From NCBI GenBank assembly GCA_051313645.2, contig JBNRSN020000010.1, positions 16,430,001 to 16,494,000 of the forward strand: a stretch of 64,000 nucleotides of DNA. Direction: 5' to 3'. This stretch comes from Centroscyllium fabricii. Taxonomy: Eukaryota. The translations under genes and the position numbers were made by a program. How positions within the stretch are numbered: position 1 is the first letter of the stretch; every line of letters starts with the position of its first letter. The notes below the pieces were generated by a model. That model was not told the origin of the DNA and made no database searches. It saw only the letters and a program-made list of their open reading frames with translations. Shown in pieces: positions 25,562-39,500 of this stretch.

Positions 25562-27425
25562 TAAGGCGTCTTCATATTGACCATGTAATTCATTTTACCA
25601 GAGACATGGATTATGATGTGATCAATGGGGGACATTTAAATGTTGGGCGATGGTGTGAAATGGGCGTTGTGAAATTAGCCGCCCGTTACAAGCCTGCCAG
25701 ATATCCCTTTCCATTGAGATTAATTGAATGGAAAACCTGGCGGAGGGGGGGGGCGGGGGTTATCGCCCATTCTATTCTGCCCCTCAATGTAAAAATTGCC
25801 CCAACGTTTATCGAATAGTGAATTTTTTTCTACATAAATATTAAGGTATGTTATGCGATTGATAGATAACTTCAGTCCGAAATTATCGATTGTGATCCTA
25901 CCCACAAATGTAATCCAACCATTATATTCACTGTCACACGAACACACAATGTGTGCTCAGGAAATAGAAGATTAAAGAACAGATGCTCGGTCAAACCTTC
26001 CCTCACCACGATGGCTGGGGCGCCATGCACGTCCCCAACTCACACCCCGCAGCCATGTAATCTCCTGGGAGTGGCAAAACAACCAGAGTAAAAAGCTCTT
26101 CACAAATAAGGAAAAGGTAAGCTGGAATAAAACCCTGCGCCCCACTCAGACGATCAATAACAGTTCATGAGATCAGATGTAAAAATACCATTTTAAGTGA
26201 TAAGAATATCCTGCTGTACTGATTGTGGATTGAAATTCCGAGCTGTGGTTGTAAACATCACGACCGCTTATATAATCATCATAGAATAGTACAGCACAGA
26301 CGAAGGCCATTCGGCCTTCGAGTCTGTGCAGCACCCGGAATTTATGGATGAGATCTTTATTTACAGAGCGTAGGTATCAGGTTTCAAACCTGGTATTTTT
26401 GCTCAGATTTGTTTATGCAATTGGCTTGTTTCCAAGTAAAACACCGACAGGACCCCGCTTGACTGACTGGCCCGGCTTTTTGCGTTGTAACTCCTATGTA
26501 ATATATGTATCTATCTGCTTCTTGCAGCAATGTTGTTTGTAACGAAATAACTAAATAACAATGCCTTTTTGCGGTCATGTAGTTTTTTGAAATTAGGAGA
26601 ATGACGCTATTTGCTCTGAAATCTGCCTCTCCACGACAAACACAATGAACATGTCCCGTAAGAATATGTGTGCATACTGATTATTCAAATTGCGTTTACC
26701 ACAATGTAGACGTAAACGTACCGGTTAACATTCAGCTGAAATCAGACTCTCATTTTAACATTGATGTAATTACATCACTAATTAGTTGAATATTAGTGTA
26801 ACCGCATACATTAATCACACATGGTATGATGTGCTTTATTATTATAAAAATAAAGTGCGGTTTGAACTTAAATGAGGAGATGTTCGCCAGGCTGTCTCGA
26901 AATAATTGCCTAGGTTTGAATGGAAATTGGTTTTGTTTGGAAATTATAGCGAAACACACGATAAATGTCGATGCTTGCGATTTCAGGTCAAATATCAGTC
27001 AGAATAAAGGGCTTCACCAACGCAGAAAAAATATGGCGATCGATTTGGCCCCAATACATTGCCCCGACTAGAAGTCCAATCGGGGTAGAAAGTTTCCCTC
27101 AGAACTTTAATTTTTCGGGTTTTTTTAAGTGAATTATTAAAGTCCACAGCTTATAATTCATGAAAACGAGCGTTCGTCAAGATTCAAATGTAATACCCTT
27201 ATGAACATGACATGAAGGTGTCATTTTGATGGGTTCAATCGAATTTTTAGAAAATAATTGGAGATTCGGTGACAGGAAGGTTAAATGTCACACATTAGCT
27301 TTGCCAGATTTTAACATTACAACTAGCATTCTTTGGTCATTATTAATTCAAATGTTGGCATCCTAATGGCAGTGGAACCACCTTCTTATTCACGAAGAGT
27401 CGATTGTCCAGTCATTATTTGGATC

Positions 27426-27590
27426 ATGGCAACTTCACTGAGCATGGAAGAAATCCTCGTCAGTCCCAATATTAACCCACAATCCGGTACGAGGGAAGCC
27501 TTGGAGAGACGGACAGGATCACTGACTCCTTCACCAAACAGAAGCGTGAACAATCCAGGAATACAGATGGGAAAACCGAAAGTTCTGGGT
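27426..27590 (+). CDS. MS4A: MS4A first coding exon (cytoplasmic N-terminus, 55 aa)
   Basis: Acceptor ttgtccag|27412, strong Kozak context (gatcATGG) at 27426, ends ...GKPKVLG|gtaaga. Confidence 0.88.
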
Positions 27591-30500
27591 GTAAGATGAA
27601 AGCATGTATTTTATTCATTTTTTTCCGTCCCAAGTAGATGACAATTTCAACATGCAATATTTTGCTTTCAGGACACCTTGAGTAAAATGGTGTTCAGTCG
27701 CTATGTCTAGGGAAATCATCAATTAGCTGATGGAGGTTAGTTCCCGCAAGACACTTCGCGAAATTATAAACAACTTCAGTGTGATCACATGTACAATTTC
27801 GCTGGGACTAACAACTGGAATTATGTCCCTTAGTATCATTATGGGCTATTATTTTATAAATTATTTCTGTGGATATGGGTCTCGTTAGCAATTTCAACAT
27901 TTACTTCTCAGACAATTTCCACTTGAGAAAATCGTAGTGCCCCTTCTGGTTGAGCAGCTGCAAAATATGATATGAAGGTACTCCCACAGTGCTGTCAGCC
28001 GAGTAGCTCAAAGTTTATAATCCAATGACAATGAAGGAACGGCGGATGCATGTCAACGTCGGGATTGTGTGTGTGTTTGAGGGGAATTAATGATATGCCC
28101 AGGGTCTGCTGCCCTTGTCATTTTAGATGTGAAGTTTGCGGTCTTGTGCGATGAAGTTTTAGAATTCTAAGCGATTTGCTGCAGTGCATTCTGTAGTTAG
28201 TGCACACTGTAGCCACGATGCGCCGGTTCTGGAGTGAGTGATTATTTACTGTGGTCCACAAACATATAGCTTTTGGAGAATTTCCTCCAGAGCCATTGTC
28301 ATAACAAAAGATTGCTTGTCTGGCGACAAAAAAATCAGCTCATGAGACACCCTCGAGCTTTTTAAAATAATAACAAGCTTTATTACATTGAACTATAACA
28401 ACATTACAATTTAAATACAGTTTCATAGTAAATGACAGAATGAGATGTAAATTATAAAAACTGGTTCCCCAGACGAGTGATCACTTTCGGCGCTAGACCT
28501 ATTGCATGTCCGCTGGCTCGCAACTGACCCTGACCCTTCGAACTGACGCTGAAAATCTCCCACCCGAGATAACCACACAGCCCGTGTTCCCCAGGCGAGG
28601 AGCGAACAGTCCCATCCCTGCATGCCATCCGCACGGATGCGTGCATCCTGACCAACCAGAGAAAGTTCTGCCTTCGTGGCAAACAGTGTATATTCTTAAA
28701 CCATAATACAGACTTGGTCTCTGTCTACGTAATCCATATTTGCACATTTTGCCGTGGCCAACTTTTCAGGTGATTACCCCGCTTTATGAGCTAAACATTC
28801 GACTCGAGCAGTGACGCAAAACGGGCGATATCAGGTGGGGGGCTGGTGTTCATAGCGCCTGAAATTCAGCTCCATTGCAATTAATGGGACTGAACATAAC
28901 TGCGGATAACTTGGCCGCCGATCCGATACCTCACATTTCTATCATGCCCGCAATGAATTTCAAGGCACTTTTTCGAAGCTTGCCTGTTTACAAATTGTCT
29001 TTAAAACGCAGTAAGTAGATACATGTTTATATTTTACTGTGGTATAGGGTGTCATGGCCTGTAAGAACATAACAACAGAACAAATAGAAGCCCGAAAATG
29101 CCCGTCGGCTTTTCGAGCCTGCTCCGCCATTAAATGAGATTAAGGCTGATCTCCTGCCTCAACTCAATCACCGGCCCCATCGCCATATCGCTTGCTGCTC
29201 TTACAAGTCCGAAATCTATCTACTTCTGCTTTTAATATACACAATGTATGAACCTGCATAGCTTCATTGATTTACCATCCTCGGCATGAAAAACATTCTT
29301 CTCATCTCAGTCCTAATTGCCCTACCCTTTATTTTGAGGCTGTGGCCCATGGTTCTAGACTCCCCAGAAAAGGGATACTTTCTCCCAGCATCTAAAATAT
29401 CAAGTCCTGTATTAACTGTATATTCTTCAATTAGTTCCCCTCTCATTCTTCTGAATTCAAGAGAGTAAATGCCTACTTCATTCAATCTCTTCCAATATGA
29501 GAGTCCCGCCATCCCAGGAATCAATCTCCTGAAAGTTCGTTGCACTATCTCTATGGCAAGTATATCCTTCCTTAGGTAAGGAGACCAAAATTGTTCACAA
29601 TACTCCTGGTGTCGTCTCAAAAAGGCACTATATACATGGAGTAAGACATGTTTTCTCCTGTACTCAAATCCTCTTGTAATAAAGCCCAGCCGACCATTTA
29701 CCTTCGTAATGGCTTGCTGTACTTGCACGTTCAATTTCAGTGACTCATATACAACTACACCCAGGTCCCTTTAGCACCTGCATTCCCCAATGTTTCATCA
29801 TTTAGCAAGTGCTCTGCCTTTCTATTTGTTCTACGAAAGTGGATAACTTCACATTTGTCCACCTTTTATTCCATCTGTTACTTTCTCGCCCAGTCCCTAA
29901 GCAAGTGGAGATCCACCTGAAGCCTCTTCACATCCTTTTTAAAATGACACTGCTAAATATATTCGTATTGTCAGCAAATTTGGAAATGTAACATTTCGTC
30001 CACTCTTCCCAATGATTCAATAGATTGTGTATATCTGGGTCCCAAGCACGGATCCTTGCGGTACCGTACGAGTCACAGCTTACGATGCTGAAAATGACCC
30101 GTTTAGCCCTGTCACAGGGTGCCTTTCCCTTTAAGGATTCAAGACAGATAGGTTGTGTGCAGCACACCTGTTTTGAAGACTTGTTCCCCTGTTATTCAAC
30201 TATTATATCAATTAACGGTTTCACATGCCTGTGTGTTCCTGGTTCTCATTGCCTGCTGCTTATTGGCTAACACTAAATAATCTGGTTTGCCTGTTTGGGC
30301 TTATAAGCTTGATGCTTTGTCCAGGCAGGGGCGGGATCATTGATTGGATTGACTTACTACTAACTACTGGAAGAAGTGGTTGCTGTTCTGAGCTGCTGGA
30401 GAGGCAATGGGTTTGGGCTTTCCCCTGCCCTGTGGATGACGTATTCTCTTTGGGAAACTCGGTTAGAGTGAGACTAGCTGTGGAGCGGACTTCTGAGAAC

Positions 30501-33500
30501 TACAGTTGTCAACATTCTGGACATTGCATTCTGCCACCTGAAGCTCAGGTTTGGACATTCCATCTGTTAAGTAAGGGCGTTCCCCTGCTAGTAGATCAGG
30601 TATTCTCTTCCTCAGAAGACTCCGTTGGAGTGAGTCTCGACCGTAGGGCGGACTCGGAAGAGGTCCAGAATCTACTCCTTGGACATTGGTCGTTATTACC
30701 CGAACTGAGGTTTGGACGTTTCAGTAGGGTATGTGAGGAGTCTCAATGTTTGAGGATGGATTCTTTCCTTCTGAAGACTCTGAAGAGATGGGTTCCAGCT
30801 TTAGGGCGGACTCTGGGAGAGTTCCATTACTCATCCAAGACATTGCTCGCACCCACCTTGATTCAGGGTTGGACATATATTCCACTATACTATAATGCAC
30901 TTGGCTGCGTAGCATTCCACGCAACTATGGGAAGTTTGTACCAGTTCTGAAAGGAACTTGTTTTCTGTTTCTATCTTTGTATGTAGCAACTGTAATAAGC
31001 TAGTGCCAGTTTTCTGTCGAAGACTTGTTTAGATGTTTAATATATTTTGGTATGTATGGATGCAATTTATTAGGGTTTTTGTGATTTATAGTTCATTAAA
31101 GGAGTTTAGCTCTAGAAAGCCGTTTCAGTGTCTTTGCATTTGGGCCCACACCCCACCGTTACAAGCCCTATACTTTGCTTTTTGTCTGCTAACTGATTCT
31201 CAATCGATGCAAGCCTATTACACCCCATTACACGTGCCCTCATTTTATTCACCATCCTCTTGTGTGGGAACTTATCGAAGGCCGTCTGAACATCCAGTTA
31301 AACCACATCTATCAGTTCCGCTTTGTCTACACTAGTAGTTGCATCCTCAATAACTCCAATACATTTAACAAACATGATTGTCCTTTCATAAATCCATGTT
31401 GCCTCTGCCTAATCGTAAAATGAATTTCTAAGTCCCCAGTTATTCCATTATTTGTAATAGATTCCAGCATTTTCCCAAATACTGATGTGAGGCAAACAGG
31501 TCTGTTGTTCCTCGTTTTCTCTCACCCTTGATTCTTAAATTGCGGGGTTACTGCACAATTTGTTTGTCACAGTTTGGCATAAGAATCAAACAAATAGGCT
31601 GACTCAAACGTGGCTAACAAGGGAAATTAAGGATAGCATAAGATCCAAGGAGAGGGCATATAAATTGGCCAGAAAAAACGGTAACCCTGAGGATTGGGAG
31701 CAGTTTAGCATTCAACAAAAGTAGGACAAATGTAATAATTAAGAAGGGGAAAAATGGAATATTCAGATAAGATTTCAGTGAACATAAAAACTGACTGTAA
31801 AAGGTTTTATAGTTATGTGAAGAGAAAAAGATTAGTGAAACCATGTGTAGGTCCCTTGCAGTCAGAAGCGTGGGGAGTTACAATGGGGCACAAAGAAATG
31901 GTAGATCAATTCAATGCATATTTTGATTCTGTCTTCCTAAAGGAGAACACAAAAACCTCCCAGCGATGTTGGAGAGCATACTGTCTGATGAAAGGGAGGA
32001 ACTAAAATAACTCAGCATTTGTAGGGAAATGTTGTTAGGGAAACTGACGGTTTTTAAGTCCGATTAATCACTACTGCCTGATACTCTATATGTAACGGTC
32101 GAGGTGCGGGGTCCAAATGCAGTGACACTGAGAGAATGGTCTAGATCCTAAAACCCTTTAATATACAAAACATGTTACAAAAAGACATACATATCAAAAC
32201 ACTAGTCTTTGCTAAAGACAGGCACAAGCTTCATACAGATATTTAACCCCTCGAGACACTCAGTAAAGAGAATCTTAAATACAGAAAGGGCCTAATAAGA
32301 TGTGGTAATGAAAAGTCCAAATGATGAAGGCAGATGATGCAACAATGTCCTGACCTCTGGAACACTCCTCCTAGAGTATCCCTATCAATGGTCTTTAGGT
32401 GGTCATCCTCAGAACTACCAGAACTCAACCAAGAGCAAACCGGATATCCAAAAGGCCTCATTGCTGCTGGAATGAAGTATGATTGTAACAATGTCCTGAC
32501 CTCTGGAACACTCAACCAAGAGCATCCCTATCTATGGTCTTTGGGTGGTCATCCTCAGAACCTTCTGAACACCCACTCAAGAGCATCCAGGAAATAAAGA
32601 GGGCCTCATTGTCCCTAAGGTGAATATGTGATTGTAACAATGTCCCGACCTCTGGAACACTCCTCCTAGAGTATCCCTATCTATGGTCTTTGGGTGATAA
32701 TCCTCAGGTTTTCAGAACTCAAACAAGAGCAAACCGGATCTCCAAAGGGCCACATTGCCACTGGAAAGAAGTAAGCAAAGTCCATGAAGTAATGTTGAAA
32801 GTCCAAACCTGAAACAGGCAATGAAGCACAGTGTCCAGAATTTAGGGTATAGAAATCTTCCAAAGTCCCCTGTTCAACAGGGACCCATCTCTTCCAGAGT
32901 CTCCCGAAGAAGAAATCCAACCCCACAGCTCACTGCCTTCCACGGAGACTAGAAACACCTCCTGTGTCCTAGTCCTGCAAAGTGTTACTTGCTCCCATAC
33001 TTGAGTGTAGAGCTCTTGTTAAGGATCCAGCAACCTTCTGGTGAAAACCTCCAGCTTATAAACCAAAACTGGCAAGCAGACAATTTAGGTTAACCAACCA
33101 GCTGCAGGCACTGACAACTTAACACACACAGAAATGAGAACAAGCAATTGAGGCAATTAAACAATACCAAGTAACAAAACCAGAAACCAAAGATGGCTAC
33201 CTTAAAGGGGTATACACCTTAAAAAGGTATGCCAACTGTGACAGAACCCCCCCCTTAAAGGACGACTGCTGACGTCCAAAAGTACCCAAATACCAAAAAA
33301 TTAAGGTGGGTGGAGGGGTACGGAAAAGGAACCAACCGTCCTCCAAGTATAAAAAGAATAAAAGGAGAGCTAGACGCTTCAGTGTCAGCTGGACCCCTAA
33401 TCTGGCTGGATCCTTCTGTAACGGTCGAGGTGCGGGGTCCAAATGCAGTGACACTGAGAGAATGGTCTAGATCCTAAAACCCTTTAATATACAAAACATG

Positions 33501-36500
33501 TTACAAAAAGACATACATATCAAAACACTAGTCTTTGCTAAAGACAGGCACAAGCTTCATACAGATATTTAACCCCTCGAGACACTCAGTAAAGAGAATC
33601 TTAAATACAGAAAGGGCCTAATAAGATGTGGTAATGAAAAGTCCAAATGATGAAGGCAGATGATGCAACAATGTCCTGACCTCTGGAACACTCCTCCTAG
33701 AGTATCCCTATCAATGGTCTTTAGGTGGTCATCCTCAGAACTACCAGAACTCAACCAAGAGCAAACCGGATATCCAAAAGGCCTCATTGCTGCTGGAATG
33801 AAGTATGATTGTAACAATGTCCTGACCTCTGGAACACTCAACCAAGAGCATCCCTATCTATGGTCTTTGGGTGGTCATCCTCAGAACCTTCTGAACACCC
33901 ACTCAAGAGCATCCAGGAAATAAAGAGGGCCTCATTGTCCCTAAGGTGAATATGTGATTGTAACAATGTCCCGACCTCTGGAACACTCCTCCTAGAGTAT
34001 CCCTATCTATGGTCTTTGGGTGATAATCCTCAGGTTTTCAGAACTCAAACAAGAGCAAACCGGATCTCCAAAGGGCCACATTGCCACTGGAAAGAAGTAA
34101 GCAAAGTCCATGAAGTAATGTTGAAAGTCCAAACCTGAAACAGGCAATGAAGCACAGTGTCCAGAATTTAGGGTATAGAAATCTTCCAAAGTCCCCTGTT
34201 CAACAGGGACCCATCTCTTCCAGAGTCTCCCGAAGAAGAAATCCAACCCCACAGCTCACTGCCTTCCACGGAGACTAGAAACACCTCCTGTGTCCTAGTC
34301 CTGCAAAGTGTTACTTGCTCCCATACTTGAGTGTAGAGCTCTTGTTAAGGATCCAGCAACCTTCTGGTGAAAACCTCCAGCTTATAAACCAAAACTGGCA
34401 AGCAGACAATTTAGGTTAACCAACCAGCTGCAGGCACTGACAACTTAACACACACAGAAATGAGAACAAGCAATTGAGGCAATTAAACAATACCAAGTAA
34501 CAAAACCAGAAACCAAAGATGGCTACCTTAAAGGGGTATACACCTTAAAAAGGTATGCCAACTGTGACACTATATCCTAGTATACTTAAGGAAGTGGCTC
34601 TAGAAATATTAGATGGATTACTGATCATCTTTCAGAAGTCGCTTAAATCTGAAACTGTGCCAATGATTGGAGGGTAGCTAATGTTACCCAGGTATTCAAA
34701 AATGGTGGTAGAGAGAAAACAGGGAATTACAGACCAGCAAGACTGACATTATTGTGGGGAAAATGCTAGAGTCCATTATAAAGGATGTAGTAGCTGTGCA
34801 CTTGGAAATCAGTGACAGTGTCGGACAAAGTCAACATGGATTTACTAAAGGTAAATCATGATTGACTAATCTATCGGATTTTGTTGAGGCTGTAACTGGG
34901 AAAATACATAAGGGTGAACCAGTACATTTGGTGTATTTGGACTTTCAAAAGGCTTTCTTAATATCCAGCATAAGAGATTAGCGTGTAAATGTATGGCACA
35001 TTGAATTGGGGGCAAGGTAACGACTTGGATAGAAAACTGGTTGGCGGACAGAAAGCAGAGTGTAAGAAATAACGGGTGTTTTTCCGAGTGGAAGGCAGTG
35101 ATTAATGGGGTACCGCAGGGATCTGTCCTTGTACCACAGCTACTCACAATATACATTAATGAACTAGAGAAGGATACTAGATGTGATATATCCAAAGCTT
35201 GCGGACGACACAAAGCTGGGTGGGCGTGTGTGCTGCGAGGAGGATACCGAGAAGCTCCAGGATGATTTGGACAGGGTGTGTGATTGGGCAGAATCCTGGT
35301 GAATGCAATACAACGTGGATAAATGCGATTATCCACTTAATGTCAAAAACAGAAAGACAGACTATTACCTGAATGGAAATAGATTGGGAGACGGGCAGAT
35401 GAAACGAGACCTGGGCGCTCTTGTGCACCAGTCGTTGAAGGTAAGCATGCAGGTGCAGCCGGCAGGGAAGAAGGCGAATGGTATGTTGGCCCTCATTGCG
35501 AAAGGGATTGAGTACATGAACCAAGATGTCTTGCTGCAGTTTTACAGGGCCTTGGTGAGACCACACCTTGAGTATTGTGTGCAGTTTTGTTCGTCTTATC
35601 TGAGGAAGGATCTTCTTGCCATGGAAGGAATTCAGCGAAGGTTCACAAGGCTGATACCTGGAATGGCAGGAATAACGTGTGATGCGCATTTTTGATCGAT
35701 TAGACTTATACCCGCTGGAGTTCAGAAGAATGAGAGGGGATCTCATCTAAACTCATAAAATTCTGACTGGTCTGGTCAAACTAGAAGCAGGAAGAATGTT
35801 CCCGATTGTCGCAGAGTCCAGAAGCAGGGGCACAGTCCAAGGATAAGGGGTAGGCCAGTCAGGACGGATATGAGGAATAATTGATTCACCGAGAGAGTGG
35901 TGAACCTGCGAAATTCTCCACCACAGATTGTAGTTGAGGCCAAGCCATTAATTTTATTGAAGAAGAAGATAGGTATAATTTGAAGATCGTAAGGTATCAA
36001 GGGATATCGGAAGAAGGCAGGAACTTTGTACTGAGTTTTGACGATCAGCCATGATTTTATCGAATGGTGGAGCAGGCTTGGGGGCCGAACGGACCGCTCC
36101 TGTTCCTATCTTCTATATTTCTCTGTTTCTATGTTATATTGTCTATCGTTACAATATACAGGAACCTTTCCCGAATCTATAGAATTTAGCAAGATGCAAC
36201 CAATGCGTTCACGATTCCAAAGGCCACCTCTTTCACTACCCTAGGATGTAAGTCATCCTGTCCTAGGGATTTGTCGACTTTTAGTCCAATTAATTTTCCT
36301 AGTGCTGTTTTTTTACTAATAAAATATTCTTTACGTTCCTCATTCTCGGCACATCCTTGGCTTTCTCATATTTCTGTCAGGATGTTTATGTCTTCCTCCG
36401 TGAAGGCAAGATCAGAATATGTTTTCAATATCACAGCCATTTCTTCATTTCCCATTTAAAACTATCGCGATTCAGACTGCAAACGGCATAGTTTTACCTA

Positions 36501-39500
36501 CACCAATGCTTTCCTTTTCACACATCAATAGAAGCTTTTACAATACGTTTTTATATTTTTCGCCAGTTAATATTTTCCATTGCTTTGTCAAATTGTTGGT
36601 CCCCATTTGCTCATATCTGAACATATTCCAATGCACAGGTTGACCGCTTTTTCTGGCAACTTTAAAAGCGTCCTCCTTTGTCTTAATACTAGCTTTTCCT
36701 TCGTTTGTTAGCTATTGTTGGATCACTTTTCATTTTGGGTTTCTATGCCTACAATTATCATTTAAAAATGGTTCACTACCTGTTTTCTTTCAATCAATTT
36801 GTGTCCTTGCATTTGCAAACAGTTTACTGTTGATAGCGAAAGACAAGAATCGCGTTCCCCTTTCTCCCACATCTGCTCTAAGACTAAAAATCAAATCAAT
36901 AAAATGCTCGGACTCCTTGACCATTATAATGATCTTATAGCTTTCTAAAAATTAGCTAATCGAATCACCTCAAACAACTTTCAACAAAGCTTTTCTTGTC
37001 TCTTACCTTGATCTCTCTCTCCTCCTTTCCCACGGTCTCCATCTCTCACCCCCTCTCTCTCGCTACCTCTGCCCTCTCTCACTTTGACACACATTGTTAT
37101 ATTCTGTACGATTTTATACATGTTAGCTTTGTTTCCCCAGTGCGATACTTCTCCTGTTTCAGGTTATTCAGATTCTGTTGGGATTGATTTTCTTAATAAT
37201 CTGGATGCTTTTTATGATGAGTCCGATATCGGTGACAGGAACGCATAGAACATACTGGAGTGGCGAGCTATTGGTGAGTTTCTGTCTTATATCCATAGTA
37301 GAATATATTTGGGGGAATTTAAATCTGGTCAGAATTGATTGGATGAGACGTCATACCGTTTTATTAATTTGAAGTATTGCCGTGTAACACTTTGCTGTAA
37401 TATTCCTCCGATTGTCGCTATTTTCTCGCAGGCATCAACTATTCTAAACCGAATAACATTTATGTCAAAAATAGCGAACAAACAGACGAATGAGAATGCC
37501 GAAGGTAAAGGCAGAGGCAATAATGTCTGCACCCAAATATATGCAAATCACTTTATTTATCGATATCGTTATTTATTTATTGCTGTCGTTTTCAACATTT
37601 AGAACATAAAATTATAAGAAATAGGAGCAGGATTAGGGTCCTTTGGCTCTTCGAGCCCGCTGCGCAATTAAGTAAGATGATGGCATCTTCTACCTCATCT
37701 CAACTTTGTTGCAAAATCCACATGTCCCTTAATTCTCTCAATATTAAACAAATCTATCGATCACTATTTTGAATATACTGCGCCACTGAGCATCCACAGC
37801 CCTCTGGGGGAGAGTATTCTAAAAATGTACCACCCACTGAGTGAAGACGTTTCACATAATTTCAGTCCTAAATGGCTGAACCGTTATTCAGAGACTGTGA
37901 CCCTTGTTTCTAAACACCCCAGCCAGGTGAAACAGCCTCCCTGCATCTAACCTGTCGGGCCTGTAAGGATTGTTAATGTTTCAATGAGATCACCTCTCAT
38001 TCTTCTAAACTCTATAGAATATCGGCAGAGTTTACACGATCTCCCGCATAAGACAATCACTCTATCTATGGAAACATTCTGGTGACTCTTCGTTGCAGTC
38101 ATTCTATGGTTGGTATATCCTTCCTCAGGTAAGGAGACATAAACTGTACGCAATAATCCAGTTGTGGTCTCACCAGGGCCCTATACGATTTCAGTTAGAT
38201 TGCCTGTGAATAATCAGCCAGAAAATTATGCTTCAGAATTGAAGACACTTGTTATAGTTTACCAGAATTGCTAAACAAATTTTTATTACGAGTACGATTT
38301 GCAAAGACTTGATCTTTTTTCCCTCGGGTATAGAAGATTAAGCGGTCATCTGACTAAGGTGTTTAAGATAATTAAATTATCCATTTCAAAGACCAACATC
38401 TGAGTGGGTGAGTCAAGAAAATAACCTTTAAATTAAACATAGAACATAGACTTATACATAGAAACTAGGAGCAGGAACAGGCCATTCTGCACTTCTAGCC
38501 TGCTCCGCCATTCAATGAGATCATTACTGATCATCCAAAAACCCAGTATCCCGCCCCTGCCCTCTCCCCATATCCCTCGACCCCTATCGAGCCTGCACCG
38601 ACACATATCCCACCCTATCACCATAACCCCACATATTAAATCCCCCTAACACTAAGGGTCAATTTATCCTGGCCAATCAAACTAACCCGCACATCTTTGG
38701 ACTTTGGACTGTGGGAGGAAACCGGCACCCGGAGGAAACCCACGCAGACACTGGGAGAATGTGCAAACTCCACACAGATAGTACCCGAGGACCGGATTTG
38801 AACCCGGGTCTCCAGTGCTGTGAGGCAACAATGCTAACCACTGTGCCACCGTGACCAGTGCACGACCAGTCAATGCTGTTCCATGTAGGGGTCAATTGAA
38901 AATTTTAAAGCTAAGGCTGATCGATGTACGTTAAACGATTACGGAGCCAAAGCAGGTAAATTAAGTTACGTTACAGATCAGCTATAATCTAATTAACTGG
39001 CGGCACAGTTTCGAGTGGCTGAATGACCTAGTTGCGAATCGCTGTTCCAATACATAGGCTTTAAATTGTGGAATTGATATGTCACATTTATTTCACAGTT
39101 TCTTATTTCTGGGAGCCTGTGGTGTATTGTGGAAAAAACATCACCTACAGGTCTTGTAAGTATCTCAACAATGACTCTCCATTTAAACAAATCCGTCCAT
39201 TGCCAGGATATTACTCTAATTTGAAATAGTGGATGCTGTGCGGATTATGTACGTGCTGGAAACGTTGCCTTTAACTGGGATTGTTCAGATAAGTGGTACC
39301 CCGTATAATTGGGTGGTTTCGGTGATGAAATTGGAGAATTGCAGGGTGGTAAACCAAGCAGTCGTGCATTGGTCACTGATTAGTCATCCGGTCCCATATT
39401 CAGTTTAATTGATTTCTTAACCGATACTGACTGTATTACACTCACAGGGGTAATATTTGGTCATCATAAGTGGTAAAACGAGTCGCCAGTTCGCTGTAAT

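Noticed and set aside
28260-28780. Possible solo LTR of another family (minus AATAAA, promoter-like motifs)
   Set aside because: Could not define TG..CA ends or a TSD.
30225-30950. 241-aa ORF in the solo LTR
   Set aside because: No recognisable domain; not preserved as one frame in the family A LTRs.
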